This document shows positions 1 through 14,000 of a stretch of DNA of 64,000 bases, piece by piece; position 1 is the stretch's first letter, and every line of letters starts with the position of its first letter. The position numbers and the translations under genes are program-made. Origin of the DNA: Ophelia neglecta (Eukaryota); contig OZ260667.1 in the NCBI GenBank assembly GCA_965285935.1, positions 17,298,001-17,362,000 on the forward strand, in the 5' to 3' direction. Under the pieces are notes generated by a model. It was not told the DNA's origin. It ran no database searches and worked only from the letters and a program-made list of their open reading frames with translations.

Positions 1-370
1 CCCTCAAACCCTCCAGCATCAGAGGAAAGTTGCCAGACTGGTGCTAATGTATACAGCAATTGAGGGACTGGTAGCTCTACCCTCCCGACCTGACTACCTC
101 CCCATAAATCTGGGATGCACCATCATTTAAACCCTCACTTATATGTCCCATATTCCACAAATACTAACACATTTAAATTTAGCTTCTGTCCTCATACGTT
201 AGTGGACTGGAACCAGCTCCAGCAGCCTGTTATCTTGTAAACATCTGTATATGCCTTTAGGGCAACAGTGGGCTAAGGCGAGCCCCTGTCATAATTTCCC
301 AGCATCCCACTACTACTAACACAATGTGTAAATATGCACTATGAAGTACACTGTACCTACATCATTATTA
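1..370 (+). mobile_element. Decayed 3' end of a non-LTR retrotransposon (CR1/L2-group-like LINE ORF2 C-terminus plus 3' UTR), cut by the window start
   Basis: Frame 2 from nt 2 reads PQTLQHQRKVARLVLMYTAIEGLVALPSRPDYLP. After a frameshift, frame 1 (121-240) reads HHLNPHLYVPYSTNTNTFKFSFCPHTLVDWNQLQQPVIL*. These resemble the L.TL..RR...RL...YK...GLV and F..SFFPRT..DWN.LP motifs recalled for the post-RT tail of CR1/L2-group LINEs. The 3' boundary is approximate. Confidence 0.7.
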
Positions 371-394
371 CTGTTAGGCATACCTCTTTAACAG

Positions 395-1290
395 GTCTTA
401 TCGATTTTCTCTTTTGGGTGCGCATGCCATAACGAAATGCCCCAATTGGGCGTCATCATTATTGGAAAGAAGAAGAAGAAGATCAGTTCTATATGTTAAA
501 ATGACTGAACAAAGTAAAAATTTCACAAACGATGGTAAAATCTTGTCTTTGTGACAGTGTATCACTAATCTAATACATACCACGTTATGCTGAATACCTA
601 CAGCGCAGTTAAACAAATTCACAAGACCGACTGTTGAAAGCTGTCAATACTGACAGGATGATTGATTACAGATATATATCAATAAGCAGCCCAAAGTGTT
701 AGATATATCAACATCCGCTGGCTCTGGACCCGACAGATATTAACAACGCCAAGCAAAGCTCTCACCCACTCCCATGCAAACAAGTGGCCCAGGCACCTGC
801 GGTGTACCGAGACAATATTACATTCTCCCCCAATACTTTCTTCATTGTATCCTACTCCAGCAGCTAGCAGGTGGGTATCAGCGCGGCGGCTGGCAATTTT
901 TAAATTTAAGCAGACTTTGTTGATAATGAAGCAGTAAGCCATGGTAATGCTACTAGCCACTTATCGATAGAAGTCAATGACATACTTGTCGTGTTAAAAA
1001 TCTTCCTAAATGAGCTATATGAACGAAGAATAGTATATTTCGGTGATAGCCAATATAGTAGTACCCAGTTCTGCTGCGCTATGGCGCTACTACAAAGTAG
1101 TGGCGGACAATGGGAGGGCGTGGGGGTGGGATGCATGGGCCCCGGGGATGGACTGTCCTCTGCTAGAAGTGTCATCATATATTGTTTACTGTAAGTAGGC
1201 AAGACGCTTACAGTGTGATCAGGTGATGCGATCACATATCCTCCGTCTGTGCATCATTTTTCGTTTCCATCAAGGTAGCATTTTTAAGCA
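395..1290 (+). promoter_or_regulatory. CpG-retaining promoter / first-exon region
   Basis: Many CpGs (e.g. gcgcggcggc at 881-890, tgcgctatggcgc near 1075-1087) against a CpG-poor background downstream. The region contains a consensus donor ACT|GTAAGT at 1190/1191. TSS not determinable from sequence. Confidence 0.55.
1081..1190 (+). other. Candidate upstream first exon (3' part); short ORF MALLQSSGGQWEGVGVGCMGPGDGLSSARSVIIYCL ending at a donor in phase 2. May be a 5' UTR exon with a uORF or an alternative N-terminus
   Basis: ATG at 1081, GC-rich, open reading frame up to GTAAGT at 1191, inside the CpG-rich region. Phase 2 does not match the phase-0 acceptor at 31145, so coding status is unresolved. 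Confidence 0.4.
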
Positions 1291-2291
1291 TTGGACTCTG
1301 ACTGTAGAACTAGATGTTCACCTATTCAAATATGCTATGCGAGTATGTTCTCCCTTTATTCTACTCCCTGCCTACAGCTGTTGTCTCCCACATACTCATA
1401 TTTTTTTAGTGTTAAAGATTAATGTTTGGACCACACATATTAATTTGATTAATAGGCTACATGTATGTATCTTTTTATGATCGCCTTTGAGTACTACTAC
1501 ATAGTAGTATAATCTCCTGCCCACACTGAATATGATTGTCTCGCTTCATTGATTGTTTTTAATTGGTTGTGATTTGTGTTCTGAGGGAAGGGGTAATTAA
1601 ATCCTTCAATTTTGTTTAATCAGTGTTGAGCTCCAGTAGTCCAACAATATGAATATTCACTAGTTGCCCCAGGAACAAGTGTGACCTTCACTGTAGTTGC
1701 CCTACACTACTTTTATATGTTTCTATGGGTTTTTCCATTGACAAGTCCTGAATTATTTGTTTATCTCCTTGGCAACGGTTTCCTTGCTAATATTTTGATT
1801 GCCTTAGGAAAGTGCCTGAGTGGAGCTTCTGACCCCTGCATGAGCTCAGAAGAAAAAGTTTGTTTGTTTTATCCCGAAATTTATTTGATTCAAATAACCC
1901 CAAGATTCTGCTTCTTCATGTTCTTGTAAAGGAAGGTCACTTTTCTACCAAAGATTTAACAGTAGAAAATGATTTTCTACATTCATAATAACTTACAGAT
2001 GTTAACTTACAAAAACAAAGTGAAGCCTATTGCCGGAGCTCTGTTGTGTGGCATAAATAATGCCCCCCCCCCCCTCCAAGCCTGTCGTAAGTCTTATGAT
2101 GATTTCCTTCTACCAACAAAGGAAATCAAGTAGTACATGGTCCAACTATCTCTTTCCTAAGTTCAGCATTATGCTCCTGTTGCGTAATGCTTAACATTAC
2201 CAGATAAAGAAGAGGAGCCTCCACTGGTACCAGTTTACTATTAATATCTAAGGCATATTCTACAATTGCTTTTTGAGGAGTATAAATTAGA

Positions 2292-2590
2292 AATGAGGTA
2301 AGGGGGTCACCATTCCCAGTTCCCAGTTTGAAAATTGGGCAAACCTTGAATCATTGATGTTTAAAGTCTGCTGTAAGGTAATTCTCGCTTCCCAATAATT
2401 TGAAATAGTGATTCCCTAGTCACGGAAATTCTAACCGAACATTCCTGGATCCCAGTAAATTCAAATCCTTGATTTTGAATCAGGGACAATTGTCGAATCC
2501 CTATTCACAAGAAATTAAACCTTGAATTCCCAGTTCACGAATAATTAAAAAGGCTGATCCCGATGGTCGGAATTACCCCTAACCCCCCAT
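2292..2590. mobile_element. Degenerate MITE-like non-autonomous DNA element
   Basis: Loose inverted ends (atgaggtaagggggt ... acccctaaccccccat), repeated internal ttccc(a/t)g / tcacg sub-motifs at roughly 25-40 bp spacing, and retained CpGs. Resembles an invertebrate repeat architecture recalled from memory. Confidence 0.4.
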
Positions 2591-5451
2591 AAGCCTAAGT
2601 GATTCAATCAGTTCCACTTCTGTGTATTTGTTAATGGTATTGTAGTGTTAAGACACCATTGTCTACGAACATCAAAATTAATTCCTGTCACTTTGTCAAA
2701 TTACTGAAACCAATGAACATTTGCCAAATATTGTAGAATATTCCTCATTTTAATACCTAGTACACAGCAGTTGTAGGGCTAGTGGATGATAAATATCCAA
2801 TATAAAAAATGCCGATTATGTATTTCAGTAAAATGAAATATTAATAAAAAATTTATCATGTAGACTTTAATTACTATAAAGCAGCTCAATAAAAATTGGT
2901 TGGAACACAGTTTGAAAATACTGTGGGAGTGTCTTCAACCTAGATGGTTTCATGTCATGGATTCCTTTTGTTAATGGACTGTGGCTATTTATAAGGACGA
3001 GCTATAAAAGAAGCACCTTTTGGCAACATACATTTAATAAGTACTTGACCTAGCTCTGTGTCATTTCATTATCAAAATTGTGGTTAGCAATTAATTAGGT
3101 ACAACAATTTGCCTCAAATTCAACTTCCAGTGAATTCGAAACTGTTAAAAAAAGTAACCACAAGTGACTTTTTCAATGAAAGGGCTACTCATAGTAAATT
3201 TTATTATCCCAGGGTCTCAATATGTGCACTGCACCAAGCTAGGTACATGTGAAATTCAGGCTAATATCTTCAGAATTGCTTGAGGTATTTTTTTTATGGT
3301 AAAATGTCCTTGTTCAGTGTGCGGCTGCTATTTCATGTGGATATTTTCTGGATCTGTGGGCATGATTGCACGTTTATGTCAGATGTGTTAAGCTTCACTA
3401 GGGCAATTTGTCTCTGTAACCATCTAAATGACTACCGGTCTAGCAGCTTTCAGGCGCATGCATGCCAATTCTAAGCAAATTATATTAACATGATTGCCTG
3501 TTTTTCATTCTGCCTGATCCTTGTAGTCCGGTTTCTTACTTCTATTAGAGAAAAACCAAAAAACGTGATAGGCGGGAATGAGTCATTTTATTACTGTGCT
3601 GTAAGCATGAAACTTGAAACAAGGTCAATCACATTTTAAAAATCTTCATATGTCCAGTGATAGACTGATGGTTGACAAAAGTTTATGACAAAAGTTTATA
3701 GTAGCTAGTAGGAATTGTTTAATTCCAATAACACATGGGGGTAGTTTTTTCACCCTGAAAGTTCATTCCCCATGATTCCAGACTTTGTGGGATTTACTCC
3801 AGGATATGCCATCTTAAAGGTTGCACCTTTCAGTATTAGTTTTGTTGTTAAGCATGTCAATCTCTATATATCCATGTTATTGGAATTGATATTGATACGA
3901 TGATAGATTGGTTGTTCTATCCATGACTACATCAAGAGGTACTTGACCATGTTCAAGATGAGCTCTGCCATATCATTACTGTACATAGGCAAATACAAAA
4001 ACGCAATCCTATAGTTAAATACAATGCCAGGCATGCTTATGCATAGTATTCATAAATACCTCTGCTGTTGCCAGGAAATACTTGAGATTGGAAAACTCCT
4101 CAGAGAAATCATGATCCAATACAGAACGCAATATTTTTCATAGCATGTGAAATTTGTTTCTGATCCTGGCCATAAGAGCAAGAACATCCACTAATGATAC
4201 AATTACAATGAAATACTACCAATTAACATTTCCCCGGTGGACCATTGGTAGGAATCAATGTTTGATCCACTAAAAGGGTCAGGTCCCCATCCATCGACGA
4301 CCAAGCATGCCATTCTGATGGTAGAGAGATGTTTACTACATTTACTGCCATCATGAATCCATTATTGAAATGTTCTTTTGGGTCCCATGTCACCCTGTGA
4401 AATGTTGCGGACAAATGGCACCAGGTAATGCTTTTGGGCATCTGGATTTTTAATTTCCTCAGGATTGAACATTCAAAGTTTTCCATGTACTGGTAGTTGT
4501 GTTTTACTAGAATTCAACATTTGACATATAGAGGTGTGCATTTCATTAAATTTAATGATCAGTTTTCTTCAGTTTTTCTAATAGATTGCCTGTGTTTTTA
4601 TTCCTCATTAAAAACATTGCTTTGTGTATGTTTCTTTGTCAGATATCTTGACAGTAATAGTCCCCATCACCCCAATGTGGAAGTAGGCAGTGTCTGTGAA
4701 TTCTCTTGGCTGGGCATTAAAAGATTCGTATGCATGCTTCAAATACACAAACTTGCTTTTTTAAGGAGGCTCCTCTGAATCTAGGCTATATATGCCAGAC
4801 CAGTCGGAAAACAGTTACCACAATGTAAAGTAACACACACCATTGCCTTCTCAGGCTGTAAGCTCTTTCTTTTCTCTGAAGCCCTTTTGCTGTAAATGTC
4901 TCACTGTGACCTCCTCTTGAACCCTTCTTAATAGACTTACCCTCATTCTAAAGCCATTCACAGTAACAGTTATATTTAGGTCATATTCAGTGACAGATCA
5001 GTTTGATGAAGAAGAATGTCAGGTCCTTCTTTTATACTAATTCATTCAGGTAGAAAGATGATTACAATGCTGTTCACATCCATAAAATTTAATGTAGGGT
5101 CAAAGAAGTTAGGAGAGGGCTGTCAAGTCAGAATTTCAGTAGGAGTCATTGCATAGTGTTTGCCAGTAAAACAGAAAAATACCTCTATTTGATCAACTTT
5201 TGTAAAAAAGGTCAAAAAAGCATTTACCAGTTGAAACTTATAGCAGAGAAATGACTGAATTGTTGAGAATTGTTGATGATGAAGCTTTAGCCAAAGAGCC
5301 AATAATTATAAGCATTTAAACAAAATTATGACAATTAAAGACTTAATACTGTATTGGCACATTAACAATGATTCTATCTTAAAGACAGATTACAAAACAT
5401 AAAGAGAATGAGGTGTATTATAGGTTTTTTTTATTGAGTATGTACCTACCT

Positions 5452-5740
5452 CTACCCCCCCCCCCCTCCCCCACTACTCCATCATCTTTGATGCCACTCT
5501 ATCCCCTTTGATTCCCTCTCCCTCCATCTGTCCCCCTGATGAAAGGTATGAAATGAATACTACTATTATTAGAAGTCTCCTTATTATCCCTCCCCTTGTC
5601 CACCAGTAAGTCCCCCCAGCCCTCAATCCCATCCTACCTATGTCCCCCCCCCCCACTCTCCCCCCCCCCCCAAGTGTACTTAATACTCACTATTAGAATA
5701 CTATTCACTATTATCACCCCCCTGATGAAAGGTATGATTG
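5452..5740. repeat. C-rich low-complexity region with a degenerate ~186-bp direct duplication
   Basis: ccccctgatgaaaggtatga at 5532-5551 and 5718-5737; poly-C runs near 5456-5472 and 5644-5671. Confidence 0.65.
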
Positions 5741-7307
5741 GTTCTCACTGTATAAATTGGGAAATGTTCCCCTATGAAGTCTGCTATTTAACCCATTTTT
5801 CCTATTTTATTGCCTATCATGTGATCAAGTTATATACTACAACCCTGAGTTTTAGACTGTTCTAAAGTACTGATTACAACCCCATTTCAGATATTATATT
5901 TTGATAATTCATAACTCTGATCAGTTACTTAATACATCCACATTGTTCAGATGTTCAGATGTTCCTCTCTGCTCAGATGGTCAGACATATTATTTGTATG
6001 TGTTATTTCATATCTTACAGATCCAAACTTAACTTAACACTTAGTGGATCTATACTACACCCTGGTCCCTTACTTATATATATACCAGTATATAAAAAAA
6101 ACTTCCCTCTTGTGTACATGTGCAGGGATTATATGCAGCTTGTATTCTACTCATGTATAGGGCCATCACAATGGTACTAATAGCAATGATTTGAGAGACT
6201 TAGAATTGACTTTGGAGAAGGTGCTCCTCAAGAAAGTAGACAATCAATGAAAACATGTCTTTGTGAAAGCAAGAATAGTGTCTCTAGTTAGAAAACAATG
6301 AGATGTGAATTTGAAGATTGCTTTCAGGATTCTTGCCTTGTATATTTTCCAATCTGAATTCTCTCACACTTCAGGCCAAGTGTGCTCCATCTTCTCTTTT
6401 TCTTCACGTAATTGCAGAGGGCATGTGGTTCTACCTCCTGCCTGTGTAGCCTATGCCTGCCTGCCTGCTTTTCCTAAAAAACAAGCAATAATTCAAGAGT
6501 GGTAATTTGAATCTCGGGATTTCAATGTCTTGACTTTATTTAATCAATGAGGCAATCTGTGTACAGTGCCAAGCCGGGCTATCCTCTGGGTGGCAGTAAA
6601 GTTTGATACACTGTTTACTAAGCCATTGAGAACCAAGATGGTGGATGATAAATGATTAGATTGAAAACCAAATTATGGTAATGTTATTACTTTCTTGAAC
6701 CATGTAAAATAATTGTTACAGTAATCTGTGGTGACTCCTCAATGCTAGGTGCAGCCCATGCTTCAACATTGATTAACTTCTTTCTTAAAACATTAGAAAT
6801 CATTTAAAATGCATGTTTATTGACACTGGTACATGTATATGCCCAAAGATATGCCAACCTTCATATGAGATTGAGTTCCAGAATGTTAAAAACCAAAATA
6901 AAGTATTCCATTTACAAGAAAAATCAGACTGCACTTATCATTTTCTTTGGATCACTTGATTTCCTGTTTGGATGCCGAGAGATGCAGTGAGCACTTCCTC
7001 TATTTCCGTGTGCTAGCTATAAGACCGCATGTTTATATTTATCCTGATCAAGTAGCATGCTAAGGCCAGAGTTCTCAAATAATTTACTTGGCCCAGAAAA
7101 TGTTATTGAAATCACAGGAGTCTAGATAATCAGTATTTTGAAAACAAACTGTCAGTGTTACAATTTCAGCCATTTACAGGCTATTATAGCCAGTCTATAA
7201 AAGTGTTTGACCAATTGATACTAAGTGCTGTTTAAGGTGTATGCTATGCTTAAAATTATCAGGTCTATCATGTCCTCCCCCCTCCTCCCCCTCCCTCCAT
7301 GCTTACT

Positions 7308-7445
7308 CACAGGTACTCATTACTGAGTCCTTGGTGGTGGGGGGGGGGGGGGGGTAGGGGGGTAGCTGTCAAGAGAGCAATGAGCAAAATAGTAAGAATC
7401 CTTTTACAGCTACACATATGAAGGACTCAGTACTAGGTATCTGTG
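7308..7445. mobile_element. 138-bp element bounded by 25-bp imperfect inverted repeats (MITE-like) enclosing a poly-G tract
   Basis: cacaggtactcattactgagtcctt (7308-7332) versus the reverse complement of 7421-7445 (cacagatacctagtactgagtcctt): 21/25 identical. No TSD seen. Confidence 0.5.
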
Positions 7446-10400
7446 TCCCTACTCATCCCACACTCAGTAGTCTTTAATGGCTAGGAAGGAGCATCCTGGA
7501 CCCATGGGAGCCCAGCTTTAGCCAGAGAATAGTTAGGAGAGCTAGGTTATATGTCCTCTGTTTTGTCAAGACCCCTATCTTCTCTCTCCAGTAGAATGGC
7601 CAGGTACCCCCCCTTGTGATCTGTGGCCCCTATCTGCTCAAACAATAGTTAAAAGCTGCTTGGCTAGATAACCCCCATGAATACTCAGGGCGACCCTTGT
7701 ATACTCAGGGCCCTCCTGCCTGGCCAGACAGTAGTTAGGGTGGCTCCCTGTCACTTCTGTCTTACATCCTGCCCTGTACTACTGGAGGGGGCAGTGTGAT
7801 TATCTCCATAGCATGTGTGGAGATGTGGCGAAGCTCTCTGTAGTCACTTTTTCATATACATGTACTGGGCTCTTAGCGAGTGAATTATTCTTGTAATGCT
7901 GGGATGGAGGGATGTGCTTTAAATCTCATAGCTCTTTGAAGTTTTTTTCTGGAATGCACAATATGTACAGGCAGCACACAATAAGAGTTGCAACAATAAC
8001 AGTGGGATTACAAATGTGCTTAGTTGACCACTGTTATATTACGAGCCCATCTATTTTTCTGCTTAGATTGGTCTCCATTTTGCAGAATTTCCAATGGCTG
8101 GATTGCATGTTGCTTAGGTCCCAGTTGGGCACTGGTCTATAATTGTCTTTCCGACCATCGTTTGGGATACCGTTTACAACATCTGCAGTTGCAAAATATG
8201 TTTTGTAGTATGATGACTTTTATGCGAATCCATTCAGTTATAGGGAGAGTAATAACAAAAGGAATACCATTAACTTGACAGATACATCTTCACTTGTGAT
8301 TGATATTTGCAGCACAGAATACATCCCTTTAATAATGAATAGATCATTGCAACACAGAGAAATTTTGTTTGATATATATAAATATAATTACATCTCCTAT
8401 GCTTCTGAGTGTATTCTACCACAAATCTCTTTACAATTGATGATATATTTTTTTATATCAGTTATATTGCCAATTCAGTTCCCTCTAGCACTTGGACCCA
8501 GTATTTTTGCCAGTTTTATGCATCACTTAGCTGTCCCACAGCAGACATGATTTCCATAATGTTTATTCGCTGAGAACCTGGTCCCTGTCATTCTGATATG
8601 ATGCCCGCCTTCCAGTGACCCTAAACTCACCAGCCATAAAATTATGGTTCTGCCCTCATCATGATGGCCAAGATGCAAGAAGCATGAAACCATGATATCT
8701 TGAATGTTCTACACATGTATATTGTCCTTTGGGAGTCAGAGGAGGCAAGCAGGACATAGGGATGGGGCTTGGAGTTTTCATCACAGAAAACATAGTGCAT
8801 TACCCAAATTTTCCTCATAGTGCACATTTGTTTCCAGGCATGTGTATGTCATTTGATGACATGTTCCTATGACAGTAATTTGCAATGCACAAAGGCATGC
8901 CTGTAGGAAATACAATATCATCACATAGCCTCAGATCTAAATATGCTTAAGAGGGTTGCACTTCGTCACAGCTAAATCAATGTTTTAGTCTGAGATGCCC
9001 ATATTTTCAGTCATCTGTTTGTTTTCAACCGCAGATCAACTTTTGTAATTGAGTAAGGATTCACAAAGTAGGCTGTATATATTATACATTTGTTATTGAT
9101 CAATGATGATAAAAGCAGTATTATGTCTGCCAAACTGCAGAATTGGAAGGAGAGCATCTGTGTTGTGTGTGCTGAGGCAGTGAGTGTGGGTGTCTGTTTC
9201 TGTGGAGTAGCCTCCCCACATTTGGTCTCGGAGGTTGCACCTCCTTTCACCCCTGGAGTGGGTCAGTCAGCCAGAGATGGTACAGCCCGCACTGATGCCT
9301 GCAGTTAAGACTTTGTAGTAGATTCACTTAGTAAACACTTGGCTGGGCTAGGTGTGGGACATAACCGCACTGCTCTCCCTCAGTCTGCAGCCAACGGCGA
9401 CTCTGTGTTAATGATCAATGGACAAACGTCTCTCTGATCTACTTTAGAATAGCATCAGTTAACTATGGGCTGAGCTGGTAACGGTTAACCTATCTACTGC
9501 TCTGACACACCTGTGTTTAGGTTTCATCTTCACATCATTACAATTGGGATTTCATTTCAAAGCAGAGACAGAGCTATACTCCAGGATATTTTGGTGCTTG
9601 CACTACATGGCACACTGGCAGTCCTCCGGGGCAAGCGCATGATGGTCAGTAAATCAAACTTTGCATGTGCTCATTGAAACTGGCAAGCGACTGCCTCATC
9701 TGAGGATTCCCCTCGTGCTCAAATAGTGATCAGGAAACACTGCCTACCACAGGATCGATTACTCCACACATGATGGTTATGAAGTGGAAAGCTTTTTAAC
9801 TTTAGTCAGAGGTTCAATTATTATGAGTACACCTGCAGGAATGAGAAATGTTGCCAAGAGACCATGTGCACGAAGTTTCTAGGAACGAGGTTGTGCAATA
9901 CTGGAGAGAAAACCAGTTATTTTAGTAAAACTCAGTGTTAAAGTGGCTAACAGCTTTTTGTTGTTGAGCTGTCCTAAACAGTGCTGGATTGTTCTCTACA
10001 GATAAATACTCAAGTGGATAGTGCAAATTGAACAAGTTCCTTGGTGAGAGTTTGTCAATATTGCATATTAAAATATTCCTTTCAAGGGTCTGCTTAATAT
10101 TGAACGAGTTGACTTTCTGTGCTCACCTGTTGCATGACTTGAAATTGTGAAGGAACGAGTTTGTTCAAAGCTCTAATCTCTGCTGATGATACTTGATGGT
10201 TATAAGTGTTGACTTAGACATTGTGAAGATATTGTCTAGTGGTCGACACAGAGTGATTGCTTGGCTATCGTGGTATATCCCCCTATTGGCCGATTTTTAT
10301 CTAGGATATTGAGGTGTCTGAAGTATCATTTCGAACTCAATGAGATAACCAAGATTAGGTTCGTGTCATTTATGGATTTGCCTACATGTGCCATCCTGGT

Positions 10401-10802
10401 CATCTCATCTACAGAAAGTGACTTTATACCTTGTGACATTTGTGTTCAGATTAAATTGTACACTATTGTCAGTGGACAATATAAACCCCATATACATTGA
10501 GGAGACGGATATATCACTCACAAATGCATGCCATTTAAGAATGCAAACTACCGTTTTCCACACTCTGGAACATTAATAAACCAGGAAATTAATATCATTT
10601 TGGACGGAATTCAAGCCACATTGCCTTATGTCCTCTCCCAGTGGATGTCAATTCTCTCAATGTGAGGAGGAGTACAACGGCAGCCCATGTGTTCATTAGT
10701 CTTCCCGGCAATTTGGTGCAAATTGATTTTTACCTGTGAAAGAGGTTTCACAAAGTGCCTGATATTTGTATTAAATTGTCCTAAACTGACCTGCAAATCA
10801 CC

Positions 10803-11024
10803 ATGAATGTGGTATATTATCGAATGGTGAATGCCGCTGGATACACAGGGGGGTATTACCCAGTTAATTCTGCTGTTCCTGGGGCACCCCTCCCTGGAAC
10901 CACTCCCCCCACCCCGGGAACAGGGCTGGGGGGCCCGCTGACGCCTGCTGCTCCCGCTGGTGGTGGTGCTCTCTTGCCAAAACTTGTCTTCCCTAGCTTC
11001 AGCTCCACACAAATACAATACATG
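10803..11024 (+). CDS. ZNF385: Coding exon of a ZNF385-like zinc-finger protein, Pro/Gly/Ala-rich N-terminus (74 codons; MNVVYYRM...PKLVFPSFSSTQIQYM)
   Basis: ATG in good context (tcaccATG), sharp GC-rich coding-like composition, donor ATG|GTAGGT at 11024/11025 in phase 0, matching the next exon. The layout (short MNVVYY start, Pro-rich stretch, LVFPSF before the first finger) resembles my recollection of vertebrate ZNF385D (MRNIMYF...LFPNF). In-frame stop upstream at 10782. Confidence 0.75.
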
Positions 11025-14000
11025 GTAGGTGTTAAAAACCTGTTTTTTTTTTATAAGGCACATGTACACATATAGAAGTTAGCTAATATTTAACATTATT
11101 AATCTTTTAAATGACTCCCGTTCATTTTATTTGTAGTATAAATTGATAAATATTTTTAAAGATATTTTGTTTGCAAAATATATATATTTTATTTTATCTT
11201 GATTGATGTTCTTTCTGCAAAATGAGATTCACTTTTGTATTATTTTGTGTATCAATCATATCCTTTAGGTTCCCCAAACATCCAAGAATTTTGCCATAAA
11301 TTGTGCAATATTTATCTAACCAAGTAATAATATTGATGTAGCTTTTGACTTTTATACGTTGAGAATAATCACTTGCATGTCTGGCTTGACATTTTAATAG
11401 GAATACAAAATGCCCTCTGTACTCTAGGGTCCATTCCAACTTTAAATTGATAGTTGATGTCATCTTAGGTCATATATTTGTTAGTGTATTGATCACTTAG
11501 CTAATGAAGATTAATATTTGCTCACCAGATCTAAAGAAGCCAGATCTAAAGAACAATGAATTTCCGTCTCACAAGACAAGAGTACATTATGTATATTCAA
11601 ACCTAGGTAATATTATACTAAAACACTCAAATTCGGTTTGAAAAAACCCTCTTCAACCTGTTGATGACATCAATCATTTAATCTCATACACCGTGTGCAT
11701 GTGACATTTGAAATTCAGTGTAGTTCTGTACTAATATATATTACATTTAAAACATATTGTGGGCTTACATCGAATATCAGTTTGTATTTGTACCATGGCA
11801 TAGTGTATACACATGTACCATTTGGATATTGTATATCTTGTATGTAAATTATACTACCAGTAAAACTAAACACTGACATAATATGAAGATTTTCTGTTTC
11901 AGAAGGGATACCAAATTATGTCTTTGAAGGCATGTTTATGTAAATGAAAACATCAAATTCCTCTTTTTACAACACAATGTTAGATGCATGTGGTATTTAT
12001 ATTCTGAGGTTTGTCTTTCTTGCAAGTGGGGGATTATCAAAAGCCCAGGAATGAACTTGAGGCTTGCTGCGGTGCTTTTAAGTCCACAGTACACTAGTGA
12101 TAGAAGGTTATTTATTGCTTTGCTGGTAAACAGAGCCAAACAGATACCTATAGAGCTGGAGATATATTAAAGTCACTTTTGACAACCATTCTGATGACAC
12201 CTGGCAACACTGGGCCATCTACTTGTAGGCTCTTGCTTATCAATTCTTAAATATCAGATGACAACCAAGGTTGTACATGAACATGTATATGTGTCACAGA
12301 CTTCAACTCCATCTTTAATTATCACAGTACCCATAATGTTATTATAAACAGAAAAATAAAGAAATGTTACTGGCAAACAATATATAATATTAATAAACTC
12401 ATTTAGCAAATCATAGTAGGCCTAAATAAAGCCACCTTGTAATTGGTGTGTAAATGTGTGGTGCATTTTAATAATTACCATGTCGAGTCATTACAAAATG
12501 CCACATATGTCCATGTATCTTGCATTTCTAAAGTTTAGATCACAAAACCTGTTTGAATTACATTCAATCTGAGAAACTAGGGCCTGATTTAACTGAACAG
12601 ATTTCACTTGTTTTTTTGTACACCTAATGTTCTGACCACTGTAGAGTGGTGCATTCTTTTGTTGGTGTGCTTTGGCTGTGAAACAGTTTTGTGATCAGCG
12701 TTCCAGAGAGTGAAGTTTGGTATTTGGACCATGTTTATGGTCTTAAATAGATAGTGGACACAAAATATAGCACGTCAGGGTTGCATGAGGTACAGGTTTG
12801 CGGAGCACTATAATGGGAGAAGCATAAAGTCATATAAATTCAAAGCAGTGTAAAATTTGCCATAAATTTGTTTGATAAAACTTATGAATTGAATATAGAA
12901 TAGGAAAGTGGAATGGAAAAAATGATTTTGACATAAGCTTGTGACTCACATTCACATGGAAAGGAAAATTGAAAATGCAAGCTAGAGTCCTGAACAGATC
13001 AAATGCTATGGACTCCTGATCATGTCACTTTTCCTTTTCTCAGATAATGATATTGCCTTCAAATGCAGTCAATTTAGCACGATATGAAGCCCCAAATCAT
13101 AATGGACAAGATATGGGGGACTTCATTATTTATTAGTGTCACAGAGGAAGGAGAGCTGAGTGAGACTATTGTTGTTATCGAAGCCATATGAAAGCCACAT
13201 CAGACAGTTGTTGATCTAGTTTGATCGGCAACAAACACATAATGAAATGGAATATTTTGCTTGATGTGGCTAGTAGCTGTATTTATTTGCAGAGGAAGAT
13301 CTTTAACATTTTTGTGATGTCTGATACATGTACAGAACTACACTTCAGTAAGCAGGCAGGGAAATAAGTGAAATATGTTCAAACCCATCACTGGCTCCCC
13401 TCTCTACTAGTCCATCTGGGCTGGGACTTGATAACAGCACTTGTGTGTGACATTCAAAATTACCAGTCACAGCTTGTGCTGATAAGTCAAAGCAGAACAT
13501 TAATACCAGGCAGATGATGATCTGGTGATCTGCTGTGTAGTGTATGATGACTTGATAGGGGTGTGACCAGACTACGCTTTTTGACACTAGCACATTTAGT
13601 CATTGGACAAAAATAGTCATATCTTTATAGTGGCCCAGTTAGGTTTACAACCTTTAAATAATTCATGCAATATAAGCATGTCTAGCCTTATATACATATG
13701 CATGTATATGTATATCCTCTAAGTGGTCTCACTGGTATTATAACCCTTAATATTATGATACCTATGTACCATAAAAAGGGTGAGAAATAAAGGAATATTG
13801 CCATCAGCATTAATGTCATAATTTACCTTATTTGTAACATGAGAATAGGGTTGTACTTTTATCCACAGCATCGTTAAGTAGGCTTAACTGTCAAATATTT
13901 ATGTGTATATGTGTGTAGGTATTAATTACCATTTAGTCATGATATAGATGGGATTCCCTTTTAGCTGTTAATGAGATTGATACAGTTTGTATAGTGGGTT

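Noticed and set aside
3673-3700. Short tandem micro-duplications (also near 11527, 21972, 59658)
   Set aside because: Ordinary slippage duplications with no sign of function.
9090-9308. ORF with CxxC (ICVVCAEAV) as a possible extra zinc-finger exon
   Set aside because: No correctly spaced His ligands and no convincing splice sites; the Cys codons come from TG-rich sequence.
10626-11069. 147-aa minus-strand ORF
   Set aside because: Antisense shadow of the GC-rich coding exon at 10803-11024.
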